Source of the DNA: Candidatus Woesearchaeota archaeon
Lineage (GTDB): Archaea; Nanobdellota; Nanobdellia; SCGC-AAA011-G17; JACPIM01
NCBI GenBank assembly: GCA_965603615.1
Contig: CBFDDQ010000003.1
Location: forward strand, 1 to 32,692
Length of the DNA: 32,692 bases
Reading direction: 5' to 3'
The notes beneath the pieces were generated by a model. That model saw only the letters and a list, made by a program, of their open reading frames with translations. It was not told where the DNA came from and did not search any database. Made by a program: the position numbers and the translations under genes. Below, piece by piece: positions 1 through 9,740 of this stretch; positions within the stretch are counted from its first letter, which is position 1, and every line of letters starts with the position of its first letter.

Positions 1-126
1 AATGATATAAAACTAAAAATGGAATATACAGATGCACTAAAAAAAGAATATTCAAAAACAGAGAAATATTTAATCACAATTAAAAACAAGCCTTGGTATG
101 CTTACCTTTTTGGATGGATCCTATGA
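1..126 (+). CDS. 3' end of a hypothetical protein entering from outside the window
   Basis: Open frame 1 NDIKLKMEY...PWYAYLFGWIL*, TGA 124-126 overlapping the next ATG (ATGA). Confidence 0.6.
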   Translation, partial: NDIKLKMEYTDALKKEYSKTEKYLITIKNKPWYAYLFGWIL

Positions 127-722
127 AATACGAAGAACAAAAACAATTTTTCGAAAAATGTTATTTTCATAGCAGGCACGACTGGTCAACTAATAAAATA
201 TCACCTCAAGTAAAACAATTCTTGCAAAAAATTAACAAAGGTTTATTTCTGGACATAGGTTGTGGTGAAGGAAAATATACAATACTAGCTCAAAAATTAG
301 GTTTCAAATCTTATGGAATAGACTACATACAAAAAGCAATAGAAAAAGCAAAAAAAAGTTCTACTAAATGCAATTTCATTATTAATGACTTTTTCAAGGA
401 AAAATTCAAAAATAAATTTGATACTATTTTAGATTCAGGTTTCCTCCATCACATCAAAAAAACAGACTGGCCAATATATTCTAAAAAATTACTAAAACTA
501 ACAAAGAAAAATTCTCATTACATCCTATCATGCTTCTCAGAAAAAGACTTAACACATAAAAGAAAAAAGCAGCACTTAATCCACTACAACCATTATGATT
601 ACTTCTTCTCAAAAGAAGACATAGGTAAATTATTCTCAAAAAATTTCAGAATAATAAAAATAAATGAAGAAAATTATCCATCAGGTAAATGTTTTTATAA
701 CTGCCTTATGCAGAAGCACTAA
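123..722 (+). CDS. Class I SAM-dependent methyltransferase
   Basis: LDIGCGEG motif I, GIDY acidic loop, FDTILDSGFLHH; ATG 123 is coupled to the upstream stop and preferred over TTG 93. Confidence 0.85.
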   Translation: MKYEEQKQFFEKCYFHSRHDWSTNKISPQVKQFLQKINKGLFLDIGCGEGKYTILAQKLGFKSYGIDYIQKAIEKAKKSSTKCNFIINDFFKEKFKNKFDTILDSGFLHHIKKTDWPIYSKKLLKLTKKNSHYILSCFSEKDLTHKRKKQHLIHYNHYDYFFSKEDIGKLFSKNFRIIKINEENYPSGKCFYNCLMQKH

Positions 723-1038
723 CTAATTTTTCCAAAGATTTAGGGTCTAATAATTTTTCTTCAGGAATTTCTGATAAAAATAAATTACAAACCAAAGTTT
801 CATCTAAACCACGAAGATTAGTTTTTACTTTGCGCAAAAGATAACCATCATATACCCATCCACCATTTTTCTCAGATGCTATTTTAACTAAAAATGGAAT
901 ATATAAATCACTATCTGGATTATAAATAACTACACTTGGACGCTCAAATTTTGGACTTAATTTTTTAGGAACAAAAACTCTAGAAAAATATCTTACAATT
1001 TTATACAAACCATTTAAGACTCTCATACCAACCCACAC
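706..1038 (-). CDS. Hypothetical protein (start may be ATG 1026)
   Basis: 110-aa ORF directly downstream of proS; no recognisable motif. Confidence 0.5.
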   Translation of the reverse strand: MWVGMRVLNGLYKIVRYFSRVFVPKKLSPKFERPSVVIYNPDSDLYIPFLVKIASEKNGGWVYDGYLLRKVKTNLRGLDETLVCNLFLSEIPEEKLLDPKSLEKLVSASA

Positions 1039-1061
1039 TTAACCATTATTTAAAAATCTTT

Positions 1062-2504
1062 CTAATAACTTTTCCCTATATAAACCACTTCACTAGCCTT
1101 TTTGCCGCAGACTATACACTTACCATTAGCTTTCTCTTTCTTGTCAACTTTAATACCCCTAACACTAGCCAAAGACTCTTTCTCAATTTTTTCAGCGCAC
1201 TTCTCACCTTCTTTAGAAATAGAGCAAAAATTAGCTCTAGCAATCTTGCCTTTAAATTTCTTCAAATCACTAAATTTCTTAACATTAACTATACTACCAT
1301 TAAATTCTTTATCAGCCTTGGAAATTAAATTTCTGCTTAAAGCTCTTCCTTCTTTTTCAACTGCTTTAACTACATTTTTTAGCTTAACACTTTTTCTTTT
1401 TCTTAAGTCTCTTCTAAATAAACTAATTTCTTTTTTCTTTAACTCCCTCTCACCCAATTCAATTCTTAAAGGAACACCTTTCATCTCCCAATAATAAAAT
1501 TTCTCACCCATTCTTTTATCACTGTCATCAATAAAAACCCTGTAGCCTTTCAATTCTTTTTTAATTTTCTTAGATAAATTAATTAATTTCTTATTATTAA
1601 CAATAGGAACAATTACAACCTGATAAGGAGCAACCTCAAAAGGAAATACTAATCCGCAATCATCTCCATGCACAGAAATTAAAGAAGCAAATATTCTTGA
1701 AATAGCAGGACCATAACATGTAATATAAGCGTAATCCTCTTCACCATTTTTATCTTTAAATTTAACATTAAATGGTTTTGAAAAATTCTGTCCAAGCAAA
1801 TGTGTGCTAGGTAATTGTATAACCTTTCCATCTGGCATTAAACCATCAGCTGCAAAAGTATAAACAGCTCCTGGGAATTTATCCCACTCAGGCCTCTTAA
1901 AAAATATAAATGGAACACCAAAGAAATCATGAACTACTTTTTTAGTTATATTCATATCTTCTATAACTTGTTTTTCAGCTTCTTCCAAAGAGCTAAAAGC
2001 ATCATGAGCCTCAATCCAGTGAAACTCCCTGCTTCTAATAAAAGGTCTTGTAGCCTCCCCCTCACATCTCCATACCTGAGCTCTCTGATATCTTTTAAAT
2101 GGCATATCCTTATAGCTTCTTATCCAATATGAATACATCTGATAAAATGCAGTCTCAGAAGTAGGTCTCAAAGCATATCTCTCATCAAACTTCTTTCCCT
2201 TGCCAGCTGAATCAACCCAAAAAACATCTGGACTAAAACCCTCAACATGTGAAGCTTCTTTCTTAAAATTAGACTCAGGAATTAAAGAAGGCATAAACAA
2301 AGGTAAGTGACCTTTATCCTGCAAAACTTCCTCATAATACTTATACATTTGCTCCATAGCTAAAACACTCCAGCTTCTGAATACAAGAAAACCTTTAATA
2401 TTATATCTCAAATCAGCTAATTCAGCATCTTTAACAATCTCAGAAAACCACTCAGAAAAATTCTTTTTTTTATCAATATTAAAAGTTACTTTCTTTTTAG
2501 CCAT
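1062..2504 (-). CDS. proS: Proline--tRNA ligase, archaeal/eukaryotic type
   Basis: FSEWF N-terminus, LRPTSET, PFIRSREFHW motif 2, HLLGQNFSK, C-terminal CxxC zinc domain ending in Y. Confidence 0.97.
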   Translation of the reverse strand: MAKKKVTFNIDKKKNFSEWFSEIVKDAELADLRYNIKGFLVFRSWSVLAMEQMYKYYEEVLQDKGHLPLFMPSLIPESNFKKEASHVEGFSPDVFWVDSAGKGKKFDERYALRPTSETAFYQMYSYWIRSYKDMPFKRYQRAQVWRCEGEATRPFIRSREFHWIEAHDAFSSLEEAEKQVIEDMNITKKVVHDFFGVPFIFFKRPEWDKFPGAVYTFAADGLMPDGKVIQLPSTHLLGQNFSKPFNVKFKDKNGEEDYAYITCYGPAISRIFASLISVHGDDCGLVFPFEVAPYQVVIVPIVNNKKLINLSKKIKKELKGYRVFIDDSDKRMGEKFYYWEMKGVPLRIELGERELKKKEISLFRRDLRKRKSVKLKNVVKAVEKEGRALSRNLISKADKEFNGSIVNVKKFSDLKKFKGKIARANFCSISKEGEKCAEKIEKESLASVRGIKVDKKEKANGKCIVCGKKASEVVYIGKSY

Positions 2505-2539
2505 AATTATACCTTAAACCTTCTCTTTTATAAATTTAC

Positions 2540-2627
2540 TGGGTCTGCGAGGATTTGAACCTCGATTACTCGGTTTCTCCTATATCAGCCGAAGCCGAGG
2601 GCTCTGTCCAGGTTAAGCTACAGACCC
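2540..2627 (-). tRNA. tRNA-Arg(TCG) with 14-nt intron at canonical 37/38 (2575-2588)
   Basis: Acceptor GGGTCTG/CAGACCC, anticodon stem CTCGG/CCGAG, loop CT-TCG-G|A, T arm CGAGG-TTCAAAT-CCTCG, BHB helix CTTC/GGAG. Confidence 0.93.
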
Positions 2628-2742
2628 ATATAAATAATTAGTAAATCTTGATTTAAAATACTTTCTTATTAAAAAATTGAATAAAATCTCAATAAAAAGG
2701 CTTATAAACCAGTATACCATATTAAAATCTAATACAAATACC

Positions 2743-2787
2743 AGAGGAATATCTCTACTATTAGAGGTATAATCCTCTTCTTTTTTT
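2743..2787 (+). promoter_or_regulatory. Stem-loop plus T-tract in the leader of the NYN gene
   Basis: AGAGGA-ATATCTCTA-CTAT-TAGAGGTAT-AA-TCCTCT then T7, between TTATAAA (2702) and ATG 2795. Confidence 0.45.
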
Positions 2788-2794
2788 AAAAAAA

Positions 2795-3604
2795 ATGAAA
2801 GTAATTATTTTTAATGATAAACAGAATTTTGATGGCAATCTTACTTTAATTAATAAAAAATTTCCAAAAGGAGAAAAAAGATTTTGGGACATTAAGAAGT
2901 ATATACCATTTTTATTTGAAAAATTAAAATCTATTAAAAAACTTAAAAATCTTGATTTAGAACTAACTAAAACACTTCTTTATACAGGAAAATATAATTC
3001 AAGATTAATTAGCAAGGTTAAATGGTCATGTAGTAAGAATATAAAGGACACTAATAAAATAATTAAAACAGAAAAAGATTTATTAGATGAATTATCAAAA
3101 CATAATATAGATAAAGATTTAAAAAAGAAAGTAAATCAACATGTTAATAATATAAAAAGAATATTTGAAAATAGGAAAAAATATTATATAAATAAAATTG
3201 AAAAACAAAAAAGAAATTTTAAAGGGCAAAAATCTCTTTTCAGTAAAATTGAAAATATGTCTCTTATAGAATTAAGAACTACCCCTCTAAAACAAAGTGA
3301 TGGAGAGGTTTACCAAAAGGGGATAGATGTAAAATTAGCTATTGATTTAGTGAATCTCGCTCACAATGGTGCCTATGATATAGCTTTAATTTTAGGAGGG
3401 GATACAGACTTAATAGAAGCTGTAAAATTAGTTAAAAATTCCTTAGGAAAAACTGTTATTATTATAGCAAATTATGTTCCAGGAGATCCATTATCAAGTA
3501 ATATTTCTGATTTAAAAAATGAAGCAGATCATTTTCTTAATCTCAACAGTGATTTCAAAAAAGAAGAACTTATTCAAATGTCAGATCCTTTAAAACAAAA
3601 ATAG
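2795..3604 (+). CDS. NYN domain (LabA/DUF88, PIN-like) ribonuclease with coiled-coil insertion
   Basis: IFNDKQN, QKGIDVKLAIDL, LGGDTDL, LKNEADHF motifs. Confidence 0.88.
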   Translation: MKVIIFNDKQNFDGNLTLINKKFPKGEKRFWDIKKYIPFLFEKLKSIKKLKNLDLELTKTLLYTGKYNSRLISKVKWSCSKNIKDTNKIIKTEKDLLDELSKHNIDKDLKKKVNQHVNNIKRIFENRKKYYINKIEKQKRNFKGQKSLFSKIENMSLIELRTTPLKQSDGEVYQKGIDVKLAIDLVNLAHNGAYDIALILGGDTDLIEAVKLVKNSLGKTVIIIANYVPGDPLSSNISDLKNEADHFLNLNSDFKKEELIQMSDPLKQK

Positions 3605-3645
3605 AAGCAAAACCTATTTAAAATATACAAACATCTTAATTATAA

Positions 3646-4791
3646 ATGAACTTAAAAAATTTCTTTAAAAAAGAGGAAATTGAAGCAGAAGCTATAGCAG
3701 TTCTTGTAGGAACTATTATAGGAGCAGGTGTCTTAGGTATACCATATGTTATAGCACAATCAGGCTTCCTGCTAGGAACTCTAATGATTATCTTCTTGGG
3801 CTTTGCAGTCTTAATGATAAATCTGTTCATAGGTGAAATAACTCTAAGAACAAAAGGAACACATCAATTAACAGGTTATGCAGAAAAATATCTTGGTAAG
3901 AACGGAAAAAGATTAATGACCATAACTATGATTCTAGGAACCTATGGTGCTCTAATTGCATATATTATAGGAGAAGGAGAAACTCTAGCTGCTATTTTCA
4001 ATGGCTCACCATTTTTATTTTCTCTAATGTTCTTCGCAATAATGTCCTTCATAGTTTTCATAGGACTAAAAATGATTAAAAAAATAGAATTAATATTATC
4101 CTTAATTGTTTTAACAATAATTATTATAATTTCTTTAGTAAGTTTCAACCAAATAAACCTAGCAAATCTGGCAACAATTAACTTCTCAAAAATATTCCTC
4201 CCATATGGAGTAATACTTTTTGCATTCTTAGGAGCAGCAGCAATTCCTGAAATGAAAGTAGTCTTGCAAAAAAAGAAAAAAGATCTAAAAAAAGCAATTA
4301 TCATTGGATCTCTAATCCCTTTAATTGCATACTTTATATTTGCAGCAATAACCATTGGAGTAACTGGAACACAAACAACAGAAATAGCAACAATAGGATT
4401 AGGAAAAGTATTAGGGCAAAACATGGTTCTTTTTGGAAATATTTTTGCAATCTTCGCAATGGCAACTTCTTTTTTAACATTAGGTCTAGCTCTAAAATGG
4501 ATGTTTCATTATGATTATAACCTAAACAAAACTCTAGCTTGGGCTCTAACCTGCATAATACCCTTAACAGCTTTTCTCCTAGGAATCAAATCTTTTATAA
4601 AAACAATAGGGATAACAGGGGCTATAGCAGGAGGACTAGAAGGACTTTTAATTATTGGAATGTTTATGAAAGCAAGAAGAAAAGGTGACAGAAAACCAGA
4701 ATACCAATTAAAAAGAAACTTATTTATAGCAATACTATTGGGTTTAGTTTTTATAGGAGGAATAATTTACACAATTTATAATTTAATATGA
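3646..4791 (+). CDS. Aromatic amino acid transport family (Trp/Tyr permease-like) protein
   Basis: GTIIGAGVLGIP TM1 signature, about 11 hydrophobic segments, TSFL motif. Confidence 0.88.
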   Translation: MNLKNFFKKEEIEAEAIAVLVGTIIGAGVLGIPYVIAQSGFLLGTLMIIFLGFAVLMINLFIGEITLRTKGTHQLTGYAEKYLGKNGKRLMTITMILGTYGALIAYIIGEGETLAAIFNGSPFLFSLMFFAIMSFIVFIGLKMIKKIELILSLIVLTIIIIISLVSFNQINLANLATINFSKIFLPYGVILFAFLGAAAIPEMKVVLQKKKKDLKKAIIIGSLIPLIAYFIFAAITIGVTGTQTTEIATIGLGKVLGQNMVLFGNIFAIFAMATSFLTLGLALKWMFHYDYNLNKTLAWALTCIIPLTAFLLGIKSFIKTIGITGAIAGGLEGLLIIGMFMKARRKGDRKPEYQLKRNLFIAILLGLVFIGGIIYTIYNLI

Positions 4792-5555
4792 AATTTAAGA
4801 AATATTCAAAATATTCAATAGAAAGTCCAGAAGTATGGGCACTAGCCCAAGATAGAGATGTAAAGAAAGAATCTAAATTTTTAATTAAGTTATTTAAGAA
4901 ATATGGAAAAGTAAAATCTATACTTGATGTTGGTTGTGGTGTTGGTTCTCATGTAAATGAATTAACAAAAAAAGGATATACTAGTAAGGGGGTAGATGCA
5001 GACCAAGCAAAGATAAAATATGCTAAGAAAAGGTATCCTAATTTAAGTTTTGATGTTCAATTTATGCAAACTTTAAAAGTAAGAGGAAAATTTGATGCAA
5101 TCATTTGTATTGGCAATATAATTGCCTTTAACCGTTCTAATGAAGAAGTAATGCAGACATTTAAGAGTTTTTTTAAACATTTAAAAAAAAGAGGGATTTT
5201 GATTTTAGGAACTTCAAACCCAATTAGCTATATTAAAAATAAAAATTTTAGAGAATCATTTGTGGATACTGAAGAAGACAGAAAAAAATTTGGGATTAAA
5301 GCTGTTTATTCTGAAGATGTTAATGAAAGAAAACAAACTACAATTAGTACTAGAACTTTTTACACGCTTAAAGGAAATAAGAAAGTTGGAAGTTATAGTA
5401 AAGAATCAAGGTGGTATTTTCCCCAAGAAATCGAATTCTTTTTAGAGCAAGCAGGATTTAATATCTTAGAGTTTTTTAGTGGTAGTCTTAGTTCAATGAC
5501 CTTAAAAGATACAAAACTTAATAAAAGGAGGATGTTAGTTGTTGCTAAAAAATAA
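4788..5555 (+). CDS. Class I SAM-dependent methyltransferase
   Basis: ILDVGCGVG, GVD, FDAIIC, LKKRGILIL, LEQAGF. Confidence 0.88.
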   Translation: MKFKKYSKYSIESPEVWALAQDRDVKKESKFLIKLFKKYGKVKSILDVGCGVGSHVNELTKKGYTSKGVDADQAKIKYAKKRYPNLSFDVQFMQTLKVRGKFDAIICIGNIIAFNRSNEEVMQTFKSFFKHLKKRGILILGTSNPISYIKNKNFRESFVDTEEDRKKFGIKAVYSEDVNERKQTTISTRTFYTLKGNKKVGSYSKESRWYFPQEIEFFLEQAGFNILEFFSGSLSSMTLKDTKLNKRRMLVVAKK

Positions 5556-6850
5556 TGATAAAAAACTTTTTCGAACCAAATTCAGTAGCTTTAATAGGGG
5601 CATCAAACAATAAAAATAAAATAGGCTACAAAATAATGTCTAACCTACAATTCTTCACAGGTAAACTTTACCCAATCAACCCAACAGAACAATCTATCCT
5701 AGGCTTCCAAACATATTCATCAGTTCTAAAAGTAAAAGATAATATAGACCTAGCAATCATAGCAGTTCCAACAAAAATAGTCCCAAAAGTTTTAACAGAA
5801 TGTGGAAAAAAACATATCCCAGCAGTAACAATAATAACAGCAGGATTCTCAGAAATAAAAAAATTCAAAGAAGAAAATAATCTTGTAAAAATTGCAAAAA
5901 AATACAAAATAAGAATTCTAGGACCTAATGCATTCGGAACAGTTAACACTCATTTAAAACTAGATACAACATTTGCAAGAACAACACCAGAGAAAGGTAA
6001 TATTGCATTTATCTCGCAGTCAGGAGCTCTCTGGGCAGCTATAGCAGACTGGTCCAAAGGAAAATATAAATTTTCAAAATTTGCATCACTAGGAAATATG
6101 TCAGATATAGAATTTGCAGAACTAATAGACTATCTAAGCAAAGATGAAGAAACAAAAGTTATAGTTCTCTACATAGAAACAATAAAAGATGGAAAAGCAT
6201 TAATAAAAATTGCCAAAAAATCAAAAAAGCCAATCATAGCAATTAAAGCAGGAATCTCAAAAGCAGGCACACAAGCAGCTCTCTCTCACACAGGCTCCTT
6301 AGCATCAGAATATAAAATCTACAAAGCAGCTTTAAAGCAGGCAAATATCAAATTAGTATCAACTTTAACAGGAGCATTTGACAAAGCTAATTTACTATGT
6401 AATCAGCAAATCAAAGGAAACAAAGTAGTTATAATAACAAATGGAGGTGGAAATGGAGTCTTAACAGCAGACCAGTGTGAAAAAAACAATCTAAATGTAG
6501 TTCCTCTCCCAAAAAAATTTATAAACAAATTAAAGAGTTTACCAAAAACCTGGTCTAAAAATAACCCTATTGATTTAGTAGGAGATGCAGATGAAGAAAG
6601 ATATTCTTTAGTATTAAACAAACTAAAAACAGAAAATTTCTATGATTCATTAATAATTATCCTCTTAGAACTATCAGCAGATGTAGAAAAAGTAACAGAG
6701 GAAATTATAAAATTCAAAGAAGAAACAAACAAAACAGTAGTGGCTAATTTCATAGGTGGAAGAAATATAGAAATAGCAATGAACAAACTAAACGAACATG
6801 GCATTCCTTGCTTCTACGAGCCAGAAAGAGTAGCAAGGGTTTTATCATAA
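5555..6850 (+). CDS. acdA: Acetate/acyl-CoA synthetase (ADP-forming) alpha subunit
   Basis: PNSVALIGAS CoA-binding fold, ILGPNAFG, SQSGAL, SHTGSLA phospho-His, TNGGGNG, NPIDLVGDA. Confidence 0.9.
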   Translation: MIKNFFEPNSVALIGASNNKNKIGYKIMSNLQFFTGKLYPINPTEQSILGFQTYSSVLKVKDNIDLAIIAVPTKIVPKVLTECGKKHIPAVTIITAGFSEIKKFKEENNLVKIAKKYKIRILGPNAFGTVNTHLKLDTTFARTTPEKGNIAFISQSGALWAAIADWSKGKYKFSKFASLGNMSDIEFAELIDYLSKDEETKVIVLYIETIKDGKALIKIAKKSKKPIIAIKAGISKAGTQAALSHTGSLASEYKIYKAALKQANIKLVSTLTGAFDKANLLCNQQIKGNKVVIITNGGGNGVLTADQCEKNNLNVVPLPKKFINKLKSLPKTWSKNNPIDLVGDADEERYSLVLNKLKTENFYDSLIIILLELSADVEKVTEEIIKFKEETNKTVVANFIGGRNIEIAMNKLNEHGIPCFYEPERVARVLS

Positions 6851-6883
6851 TATTTATATATATAAAAATCAAATTTTTATTAA

Positions 6884-7150
6884 ATGGGAGAAAGTTTAGA
6901 ATTAAAATTAGAAGATTTAAGAAAGTTAGTAGGAAACTTGCCAAATAATTTAAAACATATAGGAGATAAAGTCTTTGAACTCGCTCAGAAAGAAGGGATA
7001 ACTATAACAGAATATGAAAAACAAATGAGGCAATTTCCAGAATTAAAAGAAAAAGAAAAAACAAGAATATATAATCATAAGGTTTTATTAATAGCTCTTT
7101 CAGGAGAAGAAATTGTAATAAGAAGGAATAATGGTTTAGCATATATATAA
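6884..7150 (+). CDS. Hypothetical protein
   Basis: 88-aa ORF with TATA-like TTTATATA ~25 nt upstream; abuts the next gene. Confidence 0.6.
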   Translation: MGESLELKLEDLRKLVGNLPNNLKHIGDKVFELAQKEGITITEYEKQMRQFPELKEKEKTRIYNHKVLLIALSGEEIVIRRNNGLAYI

Positions 7151-7151
7151 A

Positions 7152-8222
7152 ATGAACAAAATACAAAAATTTGCAAAAACACTAGTAGACTACTCCTTAA
7201 ACATTAAAAAAGGGGAAAATGTGATGGTAGACTCAAGTTTCTTAGCAAAAGAATTACTTTTAGAAGTTTACAAAAGAATCTTGCAAAAAGGTGCATATCC
7301 ATTAATGAAAACATCCATACCAGGAACAGCAAAAATTTATTATGAAAATGCCTCAGAACAACAACTAAAAAAATTCCCAGATATAACTTGGCACAAGGTT
7401 CAAAAATCACAGGCAGAATTAGGCATAGGGGCACCAAGAGACACAAAAGAATTAAAACACATTAACCCAAAAAAAATAGCATTAAGAGCAAAAATAACTT
7501 TTCCAATTTCAGATTATATAGTAAATGAAAAAAAGAAAATAAGGCGCTGTACAACCCAGTTCCCAACAAAAGCACTAGCAAAAGATGCAAATATGTCTCT
7601 AAAAAAATACAAAAAATGGTTTTACAGAGCAGTAAACCAAAACTGGGTTAAAGAATCTAAAAGACTAAAAAAAATACATTCATTATTCAAAGGAGCAAAT
7701 ATTATCCAAATAAAAGCACCAGAAACAAACATACAAATGTCAGTTAAAAACAGGCCTTTAATTATAGATGATGGAAAAGAAAACATGCCAGGCGGAGAAA
7801 TGTTCTACGCACCAATAAGAGAAAGTGTAAATGGCTACATAAAATTCACATACCCTGCAATCAGATCAGGCAATGAAGTAAGAGGAATAAAAATAACATT
7901 CAAAAATGGAAAGGTAGTAAAAGCAACAGCTACTAAAAATGAAAAATTCCTAAAAACAATGATAAATCTCGACAAAGGCTCAAAATATGTTGGTGAACTA
8001 GGTATAGGTTGTAATAAACAAATAGATAAATTTTCAAAAAATTTATTATTTGACGAAAAGATAGGTGGAACAATTCATTTAGCACTGGGCATGGCATACA
8101 AAGAATGCAATGGTAAAAACAAATCAGCTTTGCACTGGGATATAGTCTGTGACCTAAGAAAAGGCGGACAAATAATCAAAGATGGTAAAACAATCCAAAA
8201 AAATGGTAAGTGGATTTTCTAA
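7152..8222 (+). CDS. M29 family aminopeptidase (AmpS/aminopeptidase T-like)
   Basis: NMPGGEMFYAP, GELGIG, LFDEKIGGTIHLALG, SALHWDIV. Confidence 0.93.
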   Translation: MNKIQKFAKTLVDYSLNIKKGENVMVDSSFLAKELLLEVYKRILQKGAYPLMKTSIPGTAKIYYENASEQQLKKFPDITWHKVQKSQAELGIGAPRDTKELKHINPKKIALRAKITFPISDYIVNEKKKIRRCTTQFPTKALAKDANMSLKKYKKWFYRAVNQNWVKESKRLKKIHSLFKGANIIQIKAPETNIQMSVKNRPLIIDDGKENMPGGEMFYAPIRESVNGYIKFTYPAIRSGNEVRGIKITFKNGKVVKATATKNEKFLKTMINLDKGSKYVGELGIGCNKQIDKFSKNLLFDEKIGGTIHLALGMAYKECNGKNKSALHWDIVCDLRKGGQIIKDGKTIQKNGKWIF

Positions 8223-9410
8223 ATGAAAATAACCAAACTAAAAAACAATCTAACAATCATAGAACAAAAAACTAACACAGACTCAGTAGTAATAGAAATA
8301 CAAGTCAACACAGGTTCTAATAATGAATCAAATAAACAAAAAGGAATCTCACACTTCTTAGAACACTTAATGTTTGAAGGAACAAAAACAAGAACAACCT
8401 TGCAACTAGCAAATGAAATAGAATCCTTAGGTGGAGAAATAAATGCAGCAACATCAAATGAAAGAACAGTCTATTATGTCAAAATCTTAAAAAAACATTT
8501 CAACAAAGCTTTGGAGATTCTTGCAGATTTAATAAAAAATCCCTTATTTAAAAAAGAAGCAGTAGAAAAAGAAAGATCAATCATCCTAGAAGAAATAAAA
8601 ATGTATAATGACCTTCCACACCATTACCAATGGATTCTTTTCCAAAAAATTTTATACCAAAAACACCCTGCAAAACATCCTATAGCAGGTTACAAAGAAA
8701 CAGTAAAAAACATAACTCAAAAAGATATAATAAATTACCACAAAAAATTCTATTCACCAAATAATATGACTATTATAATTTCAGGTTTAAACAACACAAC
8801 CTCTAAAATTAAAAAATACTTTGAAGACTTAAAACCACAAACTTTACAGAAAATAAGCTTCCTAGAAGAATTTCCAAAAAAACAAGAAATAATAGAAAAA
8901 AAACAACTAGAACAGTCTCACATAGTTTTAGGTTACAAAACAATACCAAGAGAACATAAAGATTCATACACCTTAGATGTAATCAAAGCTATTTTAGCAA
9001 GAGGCCAGTCATCAAGATTATTTGAAGAACTAAGAATTAAAAGAGGTTTATCTTATAGTTTAGGAGCAGAAAATGAAGCTAATAAAACATACGGCTATTT
9101 TGCAATGTATGCTGGAGCAAATAAAAAAAATATACAAACAATTAAAAATATTTTTTTAGAACAGTCTAAACTTCCAAATCTAAAAGATGAAGAAATCAAA
9201 GATGCAATTAATTTCATAGAAGGAAGAACCTTATTAGAACTTGAGCAAAACTCAGAAAATGCAGACTGGATTGCCTTCTGGTCTCTAATCAACATAAAAA
9301 GATTAAATACTTATATTAAAAATATCAAAAAAGTGACAAAAAGAGACATACAAAAAGTAATTAAAAAATATTTTAAAAATCCTACAACTATTATTCTTGA
9401 GCAGAAATAA
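8223..9410 (+). CDS. M16 family zinc peptidase (insulinase-like)
   Basis: GISHFLEHLMFEGT inverted zincin motif, INAATS, SRLFEELRIKRGLSY. Confidence 0.93.
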   Translation: MKITKLKNNLTIIEQKTNTDSVVIEIQVNTGSNNESNKQKGISHFLEHLMFEGTKTRTTLQLANEIESLGGEINAATSNERTVYYVKILKKHFNKALEILADLIKNPLFKKEAVEKERSIILEEIKMYNDLPHHYQWILFQKILYQKHPAKHPIAGYKETVKNITQKDIINYHKKFYSPNNMTIIISGLNNTTSKIKKYFEDLKPQTLQKISFLEEFPKKQEIIEKKQLEQSHIVLGYKTIPREHKDSYTLDVIKAILARGQSSRLFEELRIKRGLSYSLGAENEANKTYGYFAMYAGANKKNIQTIKNIFLEQSKLPNLKDEEIKDAINFIEGRTLLELEQNSENADWIAFWSLINIKRLNTYIKNIKKVTKRDIQKVIKKYFKNPTTIILEQK

Positions 9411-9740
9411 TTATTTATTAACTGGTATATAAATATGATCTTTATAAAAATTAATTAGATATAAAGGATTTTTATCTATTAAATATAATACACAAGGATA
9501 ATAAGTTTTAACTCCTTTTTTTTCAGAAGATTTCATAACCTCATAATCCAAAGAAATAAATTTATCACCTTCAATATCCCCTAATATAAATGATATTCTC
9601 TCATCAATATGATCATATCTCACAAGACCACTTTCAAAAATTCTATATTTACCAATAAACTCAACACCATCCATACTAAACAATAATATTCTTCTCTCAC
9701 TTCTAATTCTTCCTCTTACTATATCTATACAAGGTCTCAC
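9411..9740 (-). CDS. Hypothetical protein
   Basis: 109-aa ORF whose start overlaps the gatB stop. Confidence 0.5.
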   Translation of the reverse strand: MRPCIDIVRGRIRSERRILLFSMDGVEFIGKYRIFESGLVRYDHIDERISFILGDIEGDKFISLDYEVMKSSEKKGVKTYYPCVLYLIDKNPLYLINFYKDHIYIPVNK

